A stretch of DNA of 64,000 nucleotides from an uncultured Chlamydiae bacterium (GCA_963696295.1 CAVOJR010000001.1:3040001-3104000); one strand, 5' to 3'; shown: positions 28,437 to 38,067, numbered from the stretch's first letter. The notes: generated by a model not told the origin, from the sequence alone. A program made the numbers and translations.

Positions 28437-30644
28437 ATGACAAGAAAGAGAAAAAAAGCGAACCAAAAGGCTCCTCCCGAGCATAAGACGGAGCAGAAAA
28501 TAGCGAAGGGAAAGCGTTTTCAGGCTCTTTTCAAATTAACAAAAAATCATTTGACAGATAACTTTTACCAGCCCTCCACTAGGGAAGAGCTCGAAGAGGA
28601 TTTAGAGGTCCCGATTCACCATAAAGAAATTTTCGCGGCAGTGCTGGAGTCTTTAGCCGAGCAGCAAATGGTGGAAGTCAAAGGGGAAAAGTATTTTCAA
28701 AAGAAGATTAAGCAAGACACCGTGACAGGCGTCATCCGCATGCACCCGCGCGGATTCGGCTTTGTGCAGCCCGAGCAGACCGATCTTTATTCTCAAGATA
28801 TCTTTATACCAAAGCCCTACACCCAAAATGCCGTCGACGGAGACCGGGTGGAAATTGTCGTCCATCCCGAGCTTTTGTCTCCGAAGGGCCCTGAAGGGAA
28901 AGTCGTTGCCATCCTCTCGCGAGGGAGAACCCATGTCGCCGGCATCATCCACGGCAAAGACAACTACAACAACATGCTGGCTTATGTGCCCATTTTAGGC
29001 ACCGACCAGGCCGTGATTGTCGAACCCTGGGCCGAACGCGCGCTAAAAGTGGGCGACCGCCTAGTCATGGAAGTGATCGAGTGGGGCGGCGAGGACGCTT
29101 GCACCGTCTGCAAAGTAGACCGCTACCTCGGCCATATTTCAGATGCCTCGTGCGATGTGAAGGCGGCGATCGAAGAGTATAACTTGCGCTCCGAATTTCC
29201 CGCGCCGGTCATTAAAGAGGCCAAGAAAATCGGCTCCCGCGTCTCTGTCAAGGATCTGGAAGGGCGTGAAGATTTGCGCGATATCGAGAGTTTTACGATC
29301 GACCCGACCACGGCCAAAGATTTTGATGACGCTCTCTCTTTAAGCAAAGACAGCCGCGGCCATTACCACTTGCTGGTGCATATCGCCGACGTCTCCCACT
29401 ATGTGAAAAAAGATTCTCCCGTCGATATGGAAGCGAAGCAGCGCTGCAATTCGACCTATTTCCCCGGCATCTGCGTGCCGATGCTCCCGCCGGAACTCTC
29501 GGAAAACCTGTGCAGCTTGAAACCGAAGGTCAACCGGCTGGTCGTCACCGTGTTTATGGAGATAGATAAAGAGGGAAATTTGCTCCAATACCGGATCGCC
29601 CGCTCCGTGATTAAAAGCGCCAAGCGCTTCACTTATCACGAAGCCAAGGAGGTCTTGGACGGCTTGAAAAAAAGCGTTCACGCCCCGACGCTCCACCTGA
29701 TGGTGGAACTTTGCCATCTGCTGAAGCGGAAGCGGTTTGAGCGGGGCAGCATCGAATTTGTCCTGCCCGAGATGCGGATCAATGTCGAAGAGGATGGAAG
29801 CCCCGTCGGCACAGAGGTTATCCACTACGATATCACCCACCAGCTGGTGGAAGAGTTTATGCTCAAAGCGAACGAAATTGTCGCGACCCACCTTTGCGAA
29901 AAGGGAATTCCGGTCGCTTTTCGCATCCACGACAGGCCGGCCGAGGATAATTTGCGCGACTTCGCCATCTTAGCCGGCGCTTTTGGCTTTAAATTGTCGG
30001 AAACCCCCACGCAAGTCGAGCTGCAAAACCTCTTCAACGAAGCGTTGGATACCGAATATGGGCAATATTTGGCGACGAGCTACATCCGGCGCATGCGCCT
30101 CGCCCTCTACTCTCCCGACAACATCGGCCACTACGGTTTGAGTTTGAGCCACTACTGCCACTTCACGAGCCCCATCCGCCGCTATGCCGACCTTTTGATC
30201 CACCGGGCGCTTTTTGGGGAAGTTTTCGATAAAGAAAGCCTTGAGGTGATCACCAATTACTGCTCCGAACAAGAGCGGATCAGCAGCAAAGCGGAAAACA
30301 GCGTGATTCTGCTGAAGAAATTGAGGCTTTTAGCCGCTATATTAAAGAAAGAGCCGAATAAAGTGTATACGGCCGTGATTACGCGCGTTCGCAATTTCGG
30401 CATTTTCTTCGAGATTCTGGACTACATGCTGGAAGGCTTCTTTTCCCTCTCTGATCTGCACAACGATTATTATGTCTACCAGCATGACAAAGAGGTGCTT
30501 TTCGGGACCCATACCGAAACGAGCATTAAGGCCGGAGACCGGATCGAAGTGGTTTTAAAGTATGTCGATTTTATCACGTTAGAGAGCCGTTGGAATTTAA
30601 ACGAAAAAGAGAACAGCTATAAAAAACGGAAAAAATACCGATGA
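28437..30644 (+). CDS. rnr: Ribonuclease R
   Basis: HPRGFGFV, TIDPTTAKDFDDA, HFTSPIRRYADL, C-terminal S1 domain. Confidence 0.96.
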   Translation: MTRKRKKANQKAPPEHKTEQKIAKGKRFQALFKLTKNHLTDNFYQPSTREELEEDLEVPIHHKEIFAAVLESLAEQQMVEVKGEKYFQKKIKQDTVTGVIRMHPRGFGFVQPEQTDLYSQDIFIPKPYTQNAVDGDRVEIVVHPELLSPKGPEGKVVAILSRGRTHVAGIIHGKDNYNNMLAYVPILGTDQAVIVEPWAERALKVGDRLVMEVIEWGGEDACTVCKVDRYLGHISDASCDVKAAIEEYNLRSEFPAPVIKEAKKIGSRVSVKDLEGREDLRDIESFTIDPTTAKDFDDALSLSKDSRGHYHLLVHIADVSHYVKKDSPVDMEAKQRCNSTYFPGICVPMLPPELSENLCSLKPKVNRLVVTVFMEIDKEGNLLQYRIARSVIKSAKRFTYHEAKEVLDGLKKSVHAPTLHLMVELCHLLKRKRFERGSIEFVLPEMRINVEEDGSPVGTEVIHYDITHQLVEEFMLKANEIVATHLCEKGIPVAFRIHDRPAEDNLRDFAILAGAFGFKLSETPTQVELQNLFNEALDTEYGQYLATSYIRRMRLALYSPDNIGHYGLSLSHYCHFTSPIRRYADLLIHRALFGEVFDKESLEVITNYCSEQERISSKAENSVILLKKLRLLAAILKKEPNKVYTAVITRVRNFGIFFEILDYMLEGFFSLSDLHNDYYVYQHDKEVLFGTHTETSIKAGDRIEVVLKYVDFITLESRWNLNEKENSYKKRKKYR

Positions 30645-31339
30645 GAAAATACTTTCTGGCCGGCCTGGTCATTTTGCTGCCGCTCGCCCTGACCATCATT
30701 GTCGTGCTGTTTGTTTTCAACCTGTTGACTAAGCCCTTCGTCGATGTCCTCCACTCCTTCTTTAATTACTATGGAGTCCTGCAAAACGGCTTTCTTATTT
30801 TCAGCGCTGAGCAAGTGCGGCAGGTGATCAGCCAGATCATCATCTTCGCTCTCCTCTTCTTCTTTACCGTCTTTGTCGGAATGCTGGGCCGCTGGTATTT
30901 GACAAACTCGCTGATCAAAATGTGGGACTATGTTTTCCATCGCATCCCGATTATCCGGACCGTTTACAAAACGTGCCAGGAGGTGATCAACACCATTTTC
31001 GCCACCAAGACAAAGTCGTTTAAGCAGGTGGTGATGGTCCCCTTTCCCGACGCAAACACCTACAGCATCGGTTTAGTCACTCAGGAGAACATCCCCAATC
31101 TGACCAAAAAAAGCTACGAAGGACTCACGGCTGTCTTTGTGCCGACCACTCCGAACCCTACCTCCGGATTTCTGATGATGTTCCAGGAGAAAGACCTGAT
31201 CCATCTCGATATGACGATTGAAGAGGCGTTCAAGTATATCATTTCCTGCGGCGTCATCCCATCCCCCTTTCGGGAAATCTCGAAAGAGAAAGCGCAAGAG
31301 ATCAGCGCTCAAGATGAAGATGAGGAGTTTCAATTATGA
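30641..31339 (+). CDS. DUF502 family membrane protein
   Basis: FLAGL..LLP..LT, RIP....Y, VFVPTTPNPTSGF. Confidence 0.9.
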   Translation: MRKYFLAGLVILLPLALTIIVVLFVFNLLTKPFVDVLHSFFNYYGVLQNGFLIFSAEQVRQVISQIIIFALLFFFTVFVGMLGRWYLTNSLIKMWDYVFHRIPIIRTVYKTCQEVINTIFATKTKSFKQVVMVPFPDANTYSIGLVTQENIPNLTKKSYEGLTAVFVPTTPNPTSGFLMMFQEKDLIHLDMTIEEAFKYIISCGVIPSPFREISKEKAQEISAQDEDEEFQL

Positions 31340-31995
31340 GGAAGTACTTTTTCACCGGGCTCGGCATCATCCTGCCGATAGTGCTCACGGTGCTCATTAT
31401 CTCCTTTTTGATTAATCTGCTGACGAAACCCTTTCTTGGCATGGCGCAAAGCGTGCTGGAGTATTACGGACTGCTTGGCAAATCCCTTTTTTTCATGAAA
31501 ACCGACCAGCTCGTGCTGATCACAAGCAAACTCATCGTCTTGGCCCTCTTGACCCTATTAACCATCATTATCGGCTTGCTGGCCCGCTTGGTTTTTGTGC
31601 ATTACCTGTTCCGGACGGGCGACTATATTATCCATCGAATTCCGATCGTCAACAAAATCTACCGGTCGATTAAGGAAGTCGTTTCCACCCTTTTCGATTC
31701 CACCGAGCAAAATTTTTCCCAGGTTGTGCTCGTGCCTTTTCCCCATTCTCAGGGCCTGGCGCTTGGGATGGTGGTCAAAGACCGCCTGCCGGAAGAGTCT
31801 GATAAAGCTTATGGGGAACTGCTGTCGGTGTTTGTGCCTGCCACGCCGAATCCGACCATGGGATTCATGCTTCTTTACAAAAGAGAGGATGTTAATTTTA
31901 TCGACATGTCGGTGGAAGACGCGCTGAAATGCATCGTCTCCTGCGGCGTCATGTTTACCGATAGAGGGAAGGGCGATGAAAATCCACTTTCTTGA
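31336..31995 (+). CDS. DUF502 family membrane protein (tandem paralog)
   Basis: VFVPATPNPTMGF; similar to the preceding gene. Confidence 0.9.
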   Translation: MRKYFFTGLGIILPIVLTVLIISFLINLLTKPFLGMAQSVLEYYGLLGKSLFFMKTDQLVLITSKLIVLALLTLLTIIIGLLARLVFVHYLFRTGDYIIHRIPIVNKIYRSIKEVVSTLFDSTEQNFSQVVLVPFPHSQGLALGMVVKDRLPEESDKAYGELLSVFVPATPNPTMGFMLLYKREDVNFIDMSVEDALKCIVSCGVMFTDRGKGDENPLS

Positions 31996-32368
31996 AGTGC
32001 TGGACAACCAGACGAAAATGCGCAAGCTCTGCGAAACGATTCAGCACCACTACCAGCTGGGCCATGCCATCCTCGTCACCGTCGCGAGCGACGAGGTGGG
32101 GCGCTATGTCGACGAACTCCTGTGGCGCCATCCGAAAGAAAGCTTTCTGCCCCATCAGATCGCTTCAAGCAAAGTCTCTTGCAAAATCGCCATCACAGAG
32201 CGGCAGGAGAATTTGAACAAAGCCAGCGTGCTCTTCAATTTATGCCCGCAGGCCAGCCCCATCTGCCAGCAATTCCAAACAGTCTATGAGTTTCTCGACA
32301 AAACCCATCCCGACCGCACGCGCCAATCCCTTGAGCGGCAGGAGGCCTACCGCAAAATGGGCTACTGA
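31976..32368 (+). CDS. holC: DNA polymerase III subunit chi
   Basis: DELLW....SFLPH, R..Y...GY. Confidence 0.85.
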   Translation: MKIHFLEVLDNQTKMRKLCETIQHHYQLGHAILVTVASDEVGRYVDELLWRHPKESFLPHQIASSKVSCKIAITERQENLNKASVLFNLCPQASPICQQFQTVYEFLDKTHPDRTRQSLERQEAYRKMGY

Positions 32369-32372
32369 TTTA

Positions 32373-32438
32373 TTTTCGTCCACTTGGTATTTTGGAGCGA
32401 GTCCGCCGGTCGCAGCCCGAAATGCCACCGGACGAAAT
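32373..32438. repeat. Intergenic hairpin related to the palindromic element family
   Basis: TTTTCGTCC...TGGTATTTTGG...CCGAAATGCCA..GGACGAAA. Confidence 0.55.
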
Positions 32439-32480
32439 TAAAACAGTTCCCCAAAATGGAACTGGCGATCGATTAGAAGT

Positions 32481-32870
32481 TTAATTGATTTTAGCCCCGC
32501 CGGCTGCCAGGTCAAGCCCCGCATTAAACACTAAAGAAGTGGCTAGAATAATTGCGTTAATTTTCATCAAATCTCTGTTTGAAAGAGCCGAAGTAGCGGC
32601 ATACATTTTTGCCCCGGCAACGAGGGAACCTACAGCTGCTAATACTTGGTTAGCATTTATCCCTTGGAATTTCATTTCAGGGATAATGTAATATATGATT
32701 CTCCAGGCTGTATTTGAAACGGCGTAGCTGGCTCCGGCAGCCAAAGGATTTAACCCGGCTGAGATTTCTAAAGCCATTACAGCGTGTGCCCCTAGAAAAC
32801 CTGCAACTTGATCTTGAATAATGAATGTTGGATTACTTATCTGTTTAAGATCACGTATTATAGTCGACAT
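32481..32870 (-). CDS. Hydrophobic hypothetical protein (one copy of a ~125-aa domain)
   Basis: ISNP..Q..GFLGA.AV..L.I..G.NPLAAGA; K.YAATSALS. Confidence 0.7.
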   Translation of the reverse strand: MSTIIRDLKQISNPTFIIQDQVAGFLGAHAVMALEISAGLNPLAAGASYAVSNTAWRIIYYIIPEMKFQGINANQVLAAVGSLVAGAKMYAATSALSNRDLMKINAIILATSLVFNAGLDLAAGGAKIN

Positions 32871-32877
32871 GAAAGCC

Positions 32878-33666
32878 TCATTTTTTAGTTACTTTCTCTG
32901 GGGCGGCGAAACCCAGCAGCAAATTTATCGCTAAAGAGGAAAGTAGAATGCCTGCGTTAATTTTCCTCAACTCTACGGTTGAAAGGGCGGAAGTCGCCGT
33001 ATACATTTTTACCCCGGCAACAAGGCTGGCTGTACCGGCTAAGATCCTCGTTAAATCTATTCCTTTAAATTTAACCTGAGGGACAAAACTACCAAAGATT
33101 CTAACGGTAGCTCCAGAAGCGGCAAAAGCGGCTCCTGCAGCCAGGGAATTCACTCCGGCCAAGATTCCTAAGTCCGCTACAGCACGTGCTCCAAGAAAAC
33201 CAGAAGCTTGATTTGTAATAACATTAATTGGATGAGCTATAATTTGACATTGGTGAATAGTAGTTCTAACTGGTGGAGTAGGTGATTGTTTTTTTTCTTG
33301 TTTCGGGCCCAGCACCAAGTTTATTGCTATAGAAGAGAGTAGAATGGCTCCGTTAATTTTCAGCAATTCTCTGCTTGAAAGAGCCGAAGTAGCGGCATAC
33401 AATTTTGCACCGGCAGCGAGTCCGGCTCCAGTGACTAAAATCCGCGTTAAATTAATTTCTTTAAATTTAACCATAGGGACAAAGTTCGCTAGGAGTCTAA
33501 TGGTTGCTTCAAAAGCGGCATTAGCGGCTCCCGCGGCCAGGGGATTCACTCCTGACGAGATTCCTAAGTCAGCTACTGCACGTGCTCCAAGAAAACCAGA
33601 AGCTTGATTTGAAAAAACGGTAATCGGATTAGAAATATTATTGCATTTATCAATTATAGTAGACAT
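32878..33666 (-). CDS. Hydrophobic hypothetical protein (two copies of the same domain)
   Basis: NQASGFLGARAVADLGI occurs twice. Confidence 0.75.
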   Translation of the reverse strand: MSTIIDKCNNISNPITVFSNQASGFLGARAVADLGISSGVNPLAAGAANAAFEATIRLLANFVPMVKFKEINLTRILVTGAGLAAGAKLYAATSALSSRELLKINGAILLSSIAINLVLGPKQEKKQSPTPPVRTTIHQCQIIAHPINVITNQASGFLGARAVADLGILAGVNSLAAGAAFAASGATVRIFGSFVPQVKFKGIDLTRILAGTASLVAGVKMYTATSALSTVELRKINAGILLSSLAINLLLGFAAPEKVTKK

Positions 33667-33729
33667 AAAACCTCATCATTAATAGTTTATATAATATAAG
33701 CGATTGTAAAGTTTCAGTCAACGATAATT

Positions 33730-35049
33730 TTATTTTGAAAGATTGTTGTGGTTTTCCCTGGCGACCAATTCACTTTCGGGTTCATTGGCGTCTATAAAGG
33801 TTTCGTTATTCAGATGAGCTTTCAGCTTCTCCTGATTCACCTCGCCGCACCATTTGCCAACGACGATGGCGGCTACGCCGTTGCCGATCAAATTGGTGAT
33901 GGCTCTCGCTTCCGACATAAAGCGGTCAATCCCTAAAATGAGGGCCAGGCCGGCGACCGGGACCGATCCAACGGCCGCGAGCGTGCCGGCTAAAACGACA
34001 AATCCCCCACCCGTTACGGCCGCGGCCCCTTTGGATGTGAGCAATAGAATCATGAGTATGACAAACTGCTCGGAATAGCTGAGCGGCGTATTGGTCGCCT
34101 GGGCGATAAAAACAGTCGCCATGGTTAAGTAGATTGCCGTGCCATCCAAATTAAAGGTATAGCCCGTCGGGATCACGAGACCCACCACCGATTTATCCAC
34201 CCCCAGATTGACGAACTTGGCAAGGAGGCGCGGCAGTACGGATTCGGAAGAGGAAGTCCCAAGCACAATGAAAATTTCCTCTTTCAGGTATTTGATCAGC
34301 TTCCAGATGCTGAAGCCATGCAAATAGGCGATCAACCCCAGCACGGCAAAGATAAAAGTAAGGCAAGTGAGGTAGAAAGCCGCCATGAGCTGTGCGAGGG
34401 GCAAAAGGGTGCCGAAGCCATACTTGCCCACCGTAAAAGCCACCGATCCAAAAACCCCAACAGGGGCAAAACGCATGATGATGGCAACGATTCCGAAAAA
34501 GACATGTGAAAGCTTTTCGATAAAGTCGACAATCAATTGCCCGTGCGCGCCGGCCGCATGCAAGGCAAACCCAAAGAGCAAGGCAATCAGCATCACCTGA
34601 AGAATATCCCCCTTGGCGAAGGCATCCACAAAAGCATTAGGAATGATATGCAAAAGAAAAGCGGACGGGGATTCCATTTTTTCTGCCGTCGTATAGACTT
34701 CCACGCTTTTCTTATCCAGCGTGGAGGGATCAATATTCATGCCTGCACCGGGCTGCAGTAAATTCACCAGAACCAGCCCTAAGAGCAGGGCGCATAGACT
34801 CACAATTTCAAAATATATCAGCGCGAAACCGAGCGTTTTGCCGATCAGTTTCATGTTTTTCATGCCGACAATGCCCAAGACCACGGTGCAAAAGATAATC
34901 GGCGCGACAATCATTTTGATCAATTTGATGAAGGCGTCGCCGAAGGGCTTCATGGCAACCGCCGCATCGGGATAAAACACTCCAAAAAATATCCCGATCA
35001 AAAAGGCTATTACCACCTGAAGATAAAGGTGTTTCAAAACAAACCTCAT
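33730..35049 (-). CDS. dctA: C4-dicarboxylate:cation symporter
   Basis: [42 protein letters not shown]. Confidence 0.95.
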   Translation of the reverse strand: MRFVLKHLYLQVVIAFLIGIFFGVFYPDAAVAMKPFGDAFIKLIKMIVAPIIFCTVVLGIVGMKNMKLIGKTLGFALIYFEIVSLCALLLGLVLVNLLQPGAGMNIDPSTLDKKSVEVYTTAEKMESPSAFLLHIIPNAFVDAFAKGDILQVMLIALLFGFALHAAGAHGQLIVDFIEKLSHVFFGIVAIIMRFAPVGVFGSVAFTVGKYGFGTLLPLAQLMAAFYLTCLTFIFAVLGLIAYLHGFSIWKLIKYLKEEIFIVLGTSSSESVLPRLLAKFVNLGVDKSVVGLVIPTGYTFNLDGTAIYLTMATVFIAQATNTPLSYSEQFVILMILLLTSKGAAAVTGGGFVVLAGTLAAVGSVPVAGLALILGIDRFMSEARAITNLIGNGVAAIVVGKWCGEVNQEKLKAHLNNETFIDANEPESELVARENHNNLSK

Positions 35050-35096
35050 TTAAAACTGAGATTAGTTAGAACATCTTTTTCGTGCAATTGAAATGA

Positions 35097-35432
35097 TCAC
35101 CCTTTTATGATCTCATTAAGCTTGTTGAAATGCTTCTTGAAATCCCAATTTGTCTCCTCAGAAAGGATGGCGAGCTTTCGCACCCCGTCGGGATCTTGCA
35201 GGAAGTAATGGAGTATGCCAGCGACATGCTCCTTTATCTCGGAAGAGATGAAGAAGGAAGCCCCAAATGTATGGATCAGACCAAGCGCCTGGTTTGCCTG
35301 CTTTGTGATGGTTTGCACCGATCTGATGAGCTCCGGGGACAAGGTTTTAGGATCGTCAGTGGCGGCCATCTCGATTTTAAAGCGATCGAAATCAGATAAG
35401 GCCTCTTTTATAGCTGCATTAATATCAAACAC
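35097..35432 (-). CDS. Hypothetical protein
   Basis: GTG start with GGAGG SD and an upstream promoter. Confidence 0.6.
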   Translation of the reverse strand: MFDINAAIKEALSDFDRFKIEMAATDDPKTLSPELIRSVQTITKQANQALGLIHTFGASFFISSEIKEHVAGILHYFLQDPDGVRKLAILSEETNWDFKKHFNKLNEIIKG

Positions 35433-35465
35433 TTAAGTCACCTCCCCTTTTACCCTCTTAACCTC

Positions 35466-35494
35466 GATATAGTCGGGCCCGCCCGAAATGTCAA
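35466..35494 (-). promoter_or_regulatory. Sigma66-type promoter TTGACA-17-TATATC with GC palindrome in the spacer
   Basis: Minus strand TTGACA tttcgggcgggcccgac TATATC. Confidence 0.6.
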
Positions 35495-35497
35495 CCG

Positions 35498-35794
35498 AAC
35501 AGAAAGGAGTGGATTATAAGTATCAGAGTATCAAAAGAGCGAAGCAACTAAGTGCCATACTTGGAGATCAACAGAAAGGAGTGGATTATAAGTATCAGAG
35601 TATCAAAAGAGCGAAGCAACTATTTAGAGCCATACTTGGAGATCAACAGAAAGGAGTGGATTATAAGTATCAGAGTATCAAAAGAGCGAAGCAACTATTT
35701 AGTGCCATACTTGGAGATCAACAGAAAGGAGTGGATTATAAGTATCAGAGTATCAAAAGAGCGAAGCAACTATTTAGTGCCATACTTGGAGATC
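35498..35794. repeat. Four tandem copies of a 75-bp unit (first copy 72 bp)
   Basis: AACAGAAAGGAGTGGATTATAAGTATCAGAGTATCAAAAGAGCGAAGCAACTATTTAGTGCCATACTTGGAGATC x4. Confidence 0.95.
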
Positions 35795-37068
35795 ATTTCC
35801 TTGACCTGCTCGCTCCAGTAGGAAAATAAGAGAGACAGGTTATTCATTACTAAAAGCTTGTAGCTTTTCAGGCGGTTGAAACCTTTTGGGATAAAGCCCA
35901 AAGGCAGCTTGAAATTCATTTTCAGGGGGGGCAGCTTCGGCATTTTTATGCTTGATAGTTTCCGGCTTAAAGTCTTAAGCCCGGGAATCTCAAATTTGAA
36001 GCGGCTCAAATCGATGCGTATGTTGAATTTTAACCGGCTGAGCACCTGCGTAAGGTTTTTGCTGAAGGAAACCCTTAAGGTCTTTACAGTCTGATAAAGC
36101 ATTGAGTTCAGGAGGGCGTGCCGGCACTTGGCTGGAATTTGGGCGAGGCGTTTTCCCATTTGTCTGAAGGGATTTGCGGCTTTCTCATAGATAGTGTGAA
36201 TTTTTTGGGAGACCGAATGGACGGCAGCGGCTCCCCTTTTTTCCAGGGCTCTCCATTTGGAAACCGGAAGGGCGGCCAGGGCGCTGATCTTGGCTTTAAT
36301 CGAGCGGTTGATTTTAGCGAAGAACTTACAGGTCTTATCTATTGTTTTGTCAATGGGGTCGTTGATGCTTTTCCCGATTTTCTGAAGGCGAGCGGCAAAG
36401 GCTTGCATTTTTGAGGCAGCGGTTTTTTTCCAAAAGGCAACCTTTTGTTTCACAAGTTTCACCCCTTTAAGAGGTGCTAAGAGAATGGCGAGAAGCCTGG
36501 CCTTTATGTTTGCCTTTATTTGAGCGGCGCGAGCGGCCATTATTCCTGGTATTTTCTTAAGTTTGATGAACGGGGCGAGCAGCTGCTTTTTAAGCTTTGC
36601 GGGAAAAGCTGCGGCTTTTGCTAGGGCGCGGCTGATTTTTTCACGGATATTTTTGATGGCTTGATTGAGTCTGATAAAGGGGAGGCAGATAGCTGCCGCG
36701 ATTCTTTTGCCTGTTTTACGGGTGAGTTTTGCCAGTCTTATGAAAGGGGCCAAGGCGGCAGCTACCCATTTTGCGGCCAGCTCTTTTAGGTAATGCAGCC
36801 CTTTCTGAACTTGATGTAACCCTTTCTGAACTTTCCGGAACAACCACTGCGGGGCGGCATAAAAAAGGAAATAGAATGGGAAAACCAGGGCAAACAGGAC
36901 CCATTTCCCCCCATTGGCTATGAAGGCCAGCCTGGTTCCTTCAATCTTTACCTTTTTGGGTGCCGGTGCGACTTGGACTGGGGTTTTCCTGGCTATCGTA
37001 TTTTGCACATAATAGCGGTCCTGATAGCTGGAAAAGCGGGATATGGATTCATACGGAGAATTAGGCAT
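35770..37068 (-). CDS. Highly basic Lys/Ala-rich membrane-anchored hypothetical protein
   Basis: One hydrophobic segment (WVLFALVFPFYFLFY), then degenerate amphipathic LAPFxKL repeats. Confidence 0.7.
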   Translation of the reverse strand: MPNSPYESISRFSSYQDRYYVQNTIARKTPVQVAPAPKKVKIEGTRLAFIANGGKWVLFALVFPFYFLFYAAPQWLFRKVQKGLHQVQKGLHYLKELAAKWVAAALAPFIRLAKLTRKTGKRIAAAICLPFIRLNQAIKNIREKISRALAKAAAFPAKLKKQLLAPFIKLKKIPGIMAARAAQIKANIKARLLAILLAPLKGVKLVKQKVAFWKKTAASKMQAFAARLQKIGKSINDPIDKTIDKTCKFFAKINRSIKAKISALAALPVSKWRALEKRGAAAVHSVSQKIHTIYEKAANPFRQMGKRLAQIPAKCRHALLNSMLYQTVKTLRVSFSKNLTQVLSRLKFNIRIDLSRFKFEIPGLKTLSRKLSSIKMPKLPPLKMNFKLPLGFIPKGFNRLKSYKLLVMNNLSLLFSYWSEQVKEMISKYGTK

Positions 37069-37117
37069 ACTTTAAAGTATACCTAATTTTTGATTATATT
37101 ATCGACCTAATTCACAA

Positions 37118-37759
37118 TTACTTAACAAAAGTGATGGCTCCCCCGCCAAATCTGGCTCCGGCATTCCCGGCTGGCTGGCTGAAATCGTCCGCCTTTTCAT
37201 GCACGATCAGGGCGCGGCCGGCAATATTGTACTTGCCTCCGCTGAGAAAAATCCCCGGAACGAGCAGATCGAGGGTGGCGTTGCCATTCTCGTCGGCGGT
37301 GATGTTTCCGAAATCCCCGGCGTGGGCTTTATAGAAACCCTCTGTGACGACATAGCCGTGTTTGGTATCATTGGGATTGTAATGGGCTCCGGCGGCATTG
37401 CCATGGTCGCTGACGTCGCCATATTCGTGCACATGAAAACCGTGCTTGCCTGGGGTGAGCCCTTGCAGATTAGCAGATACTTTTAAACCCTCGGTGTTTT
37501 CCGTGAAAGTAACCACTCCGCGGACTTTGGAGTTTGAGGTTAAAGGCATGATTATGGCTCTGCCTTTTTCCAGTTTGCCGGTCTTGTGCTGCGCTTTTTC
37601 GCATCCGAACATCAGGAGCGCGATTAAAATATACCCAAATAACTTGAATAGTTTTTGTCCGGAACGAGCGACCATTGCCGATAGGCAAGGCACGAGTGAG
37701 GACGAAACGCCCAAAACCAACTCTTCAAGTTGTTTGGGTATAAATCCAAGATACCTCAT
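37118..37759 (-). CDS. sodC: Cu/Zn superoxide dismutase lipoprotein, with an in-frame element in its signal peptide
   Basis: HGFHVHEYGD, GAHYNP..KHG, HAGDFGNI, GRALIVH..DD, GNAGAR; lipobox LMFGC; GGAGG SD before ATG 37759. Confidence 0.92.
   Translation of the reverse strand: MRYLGFIPKQLEELVLGVSSSLVPCLSAMVARSGQKLFKLFGYILIALLMFGCEKAQHKTGKLEKGRAIIMPLTSNSKVRGVVTFTENTEGLKVSANLQGLTPGKHGFHVHEYGDVSDHGNAAGAHYNPNDTKHGYVVTEGFYKAHAGDFGNITADENGNATLDLLVPGIFLSGGKYNIAGRALIVHEKADDFSQPAGNAGARFGGGAITFVK
37630..37742. mobile_element. Palindromic MITE/RPE-like element with TA-flanked ends, in frame in sodC
   Basis: Terminal inverted repeats TATACCCAAATAACTTGAATAGTT / AACTCTTCAAGTTGTTTGGGTATA; net 111 bp; core recurs inverted at about 51452-51508. 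Confidence 0.85.
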
Positions 37760-37893
37760 AACCCCTCCACATAACATTAAATTTTTCCTTTAACCGACCC
37801 AATCATTTAATGCAAAGATTTAAAACCCCTTGAGAGATAATTCCTAAATCGGGCATACTATTTTTTACCTTTCAATAATAGGAGTACAATTTC

Positions 37894-38067
37894 ATGACTC
37901 GAATCAGCAAGCAAGCGCAAAAACGGCATGTCAGTCGGCGAAGCACCCGTAAACCATCCCCTAAAACCGGGGCCTTGAAAGACAAATTGCCATTAGGATA
38001 TAAAGCCCACACCAACGCGGTCGAAGGTGAAGTAGCCGAAAAAGTATTCATTCCGAAAATCAGATAA
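37894..38067 (+). CDS. Small basic protein, chlamydial CT421.1-like (57 aa)
   Basis: Manual translation MTRISKQAQKRHVSRRSTRKPSPK...KVFIPKIR; AGGAG SD; position upstream of the PVC signature gene. Confidence 0.7.
   Translation: MTRISKQAQKRHVSRRSTRKPSPKTGALKDKLPLGYKAHTNAVEGEVAEKVFIPKIR

Noticed and set aside
35498..35794. CRISPR array or type III toxin-antitoxin repeats
   Set aside because: Units are identical end to end with no spacers and no cas genes. The next gene has its own promoter downstream of the array and no ToxN-like motif that I recognise.
35488..35829. Plus-strand ORFs through the 75-bp repeats
   Set aside because: Open frames follow from a 3n repeat unit; the 35488 ATG lies inside the opposite-strand promoter and has no SD.
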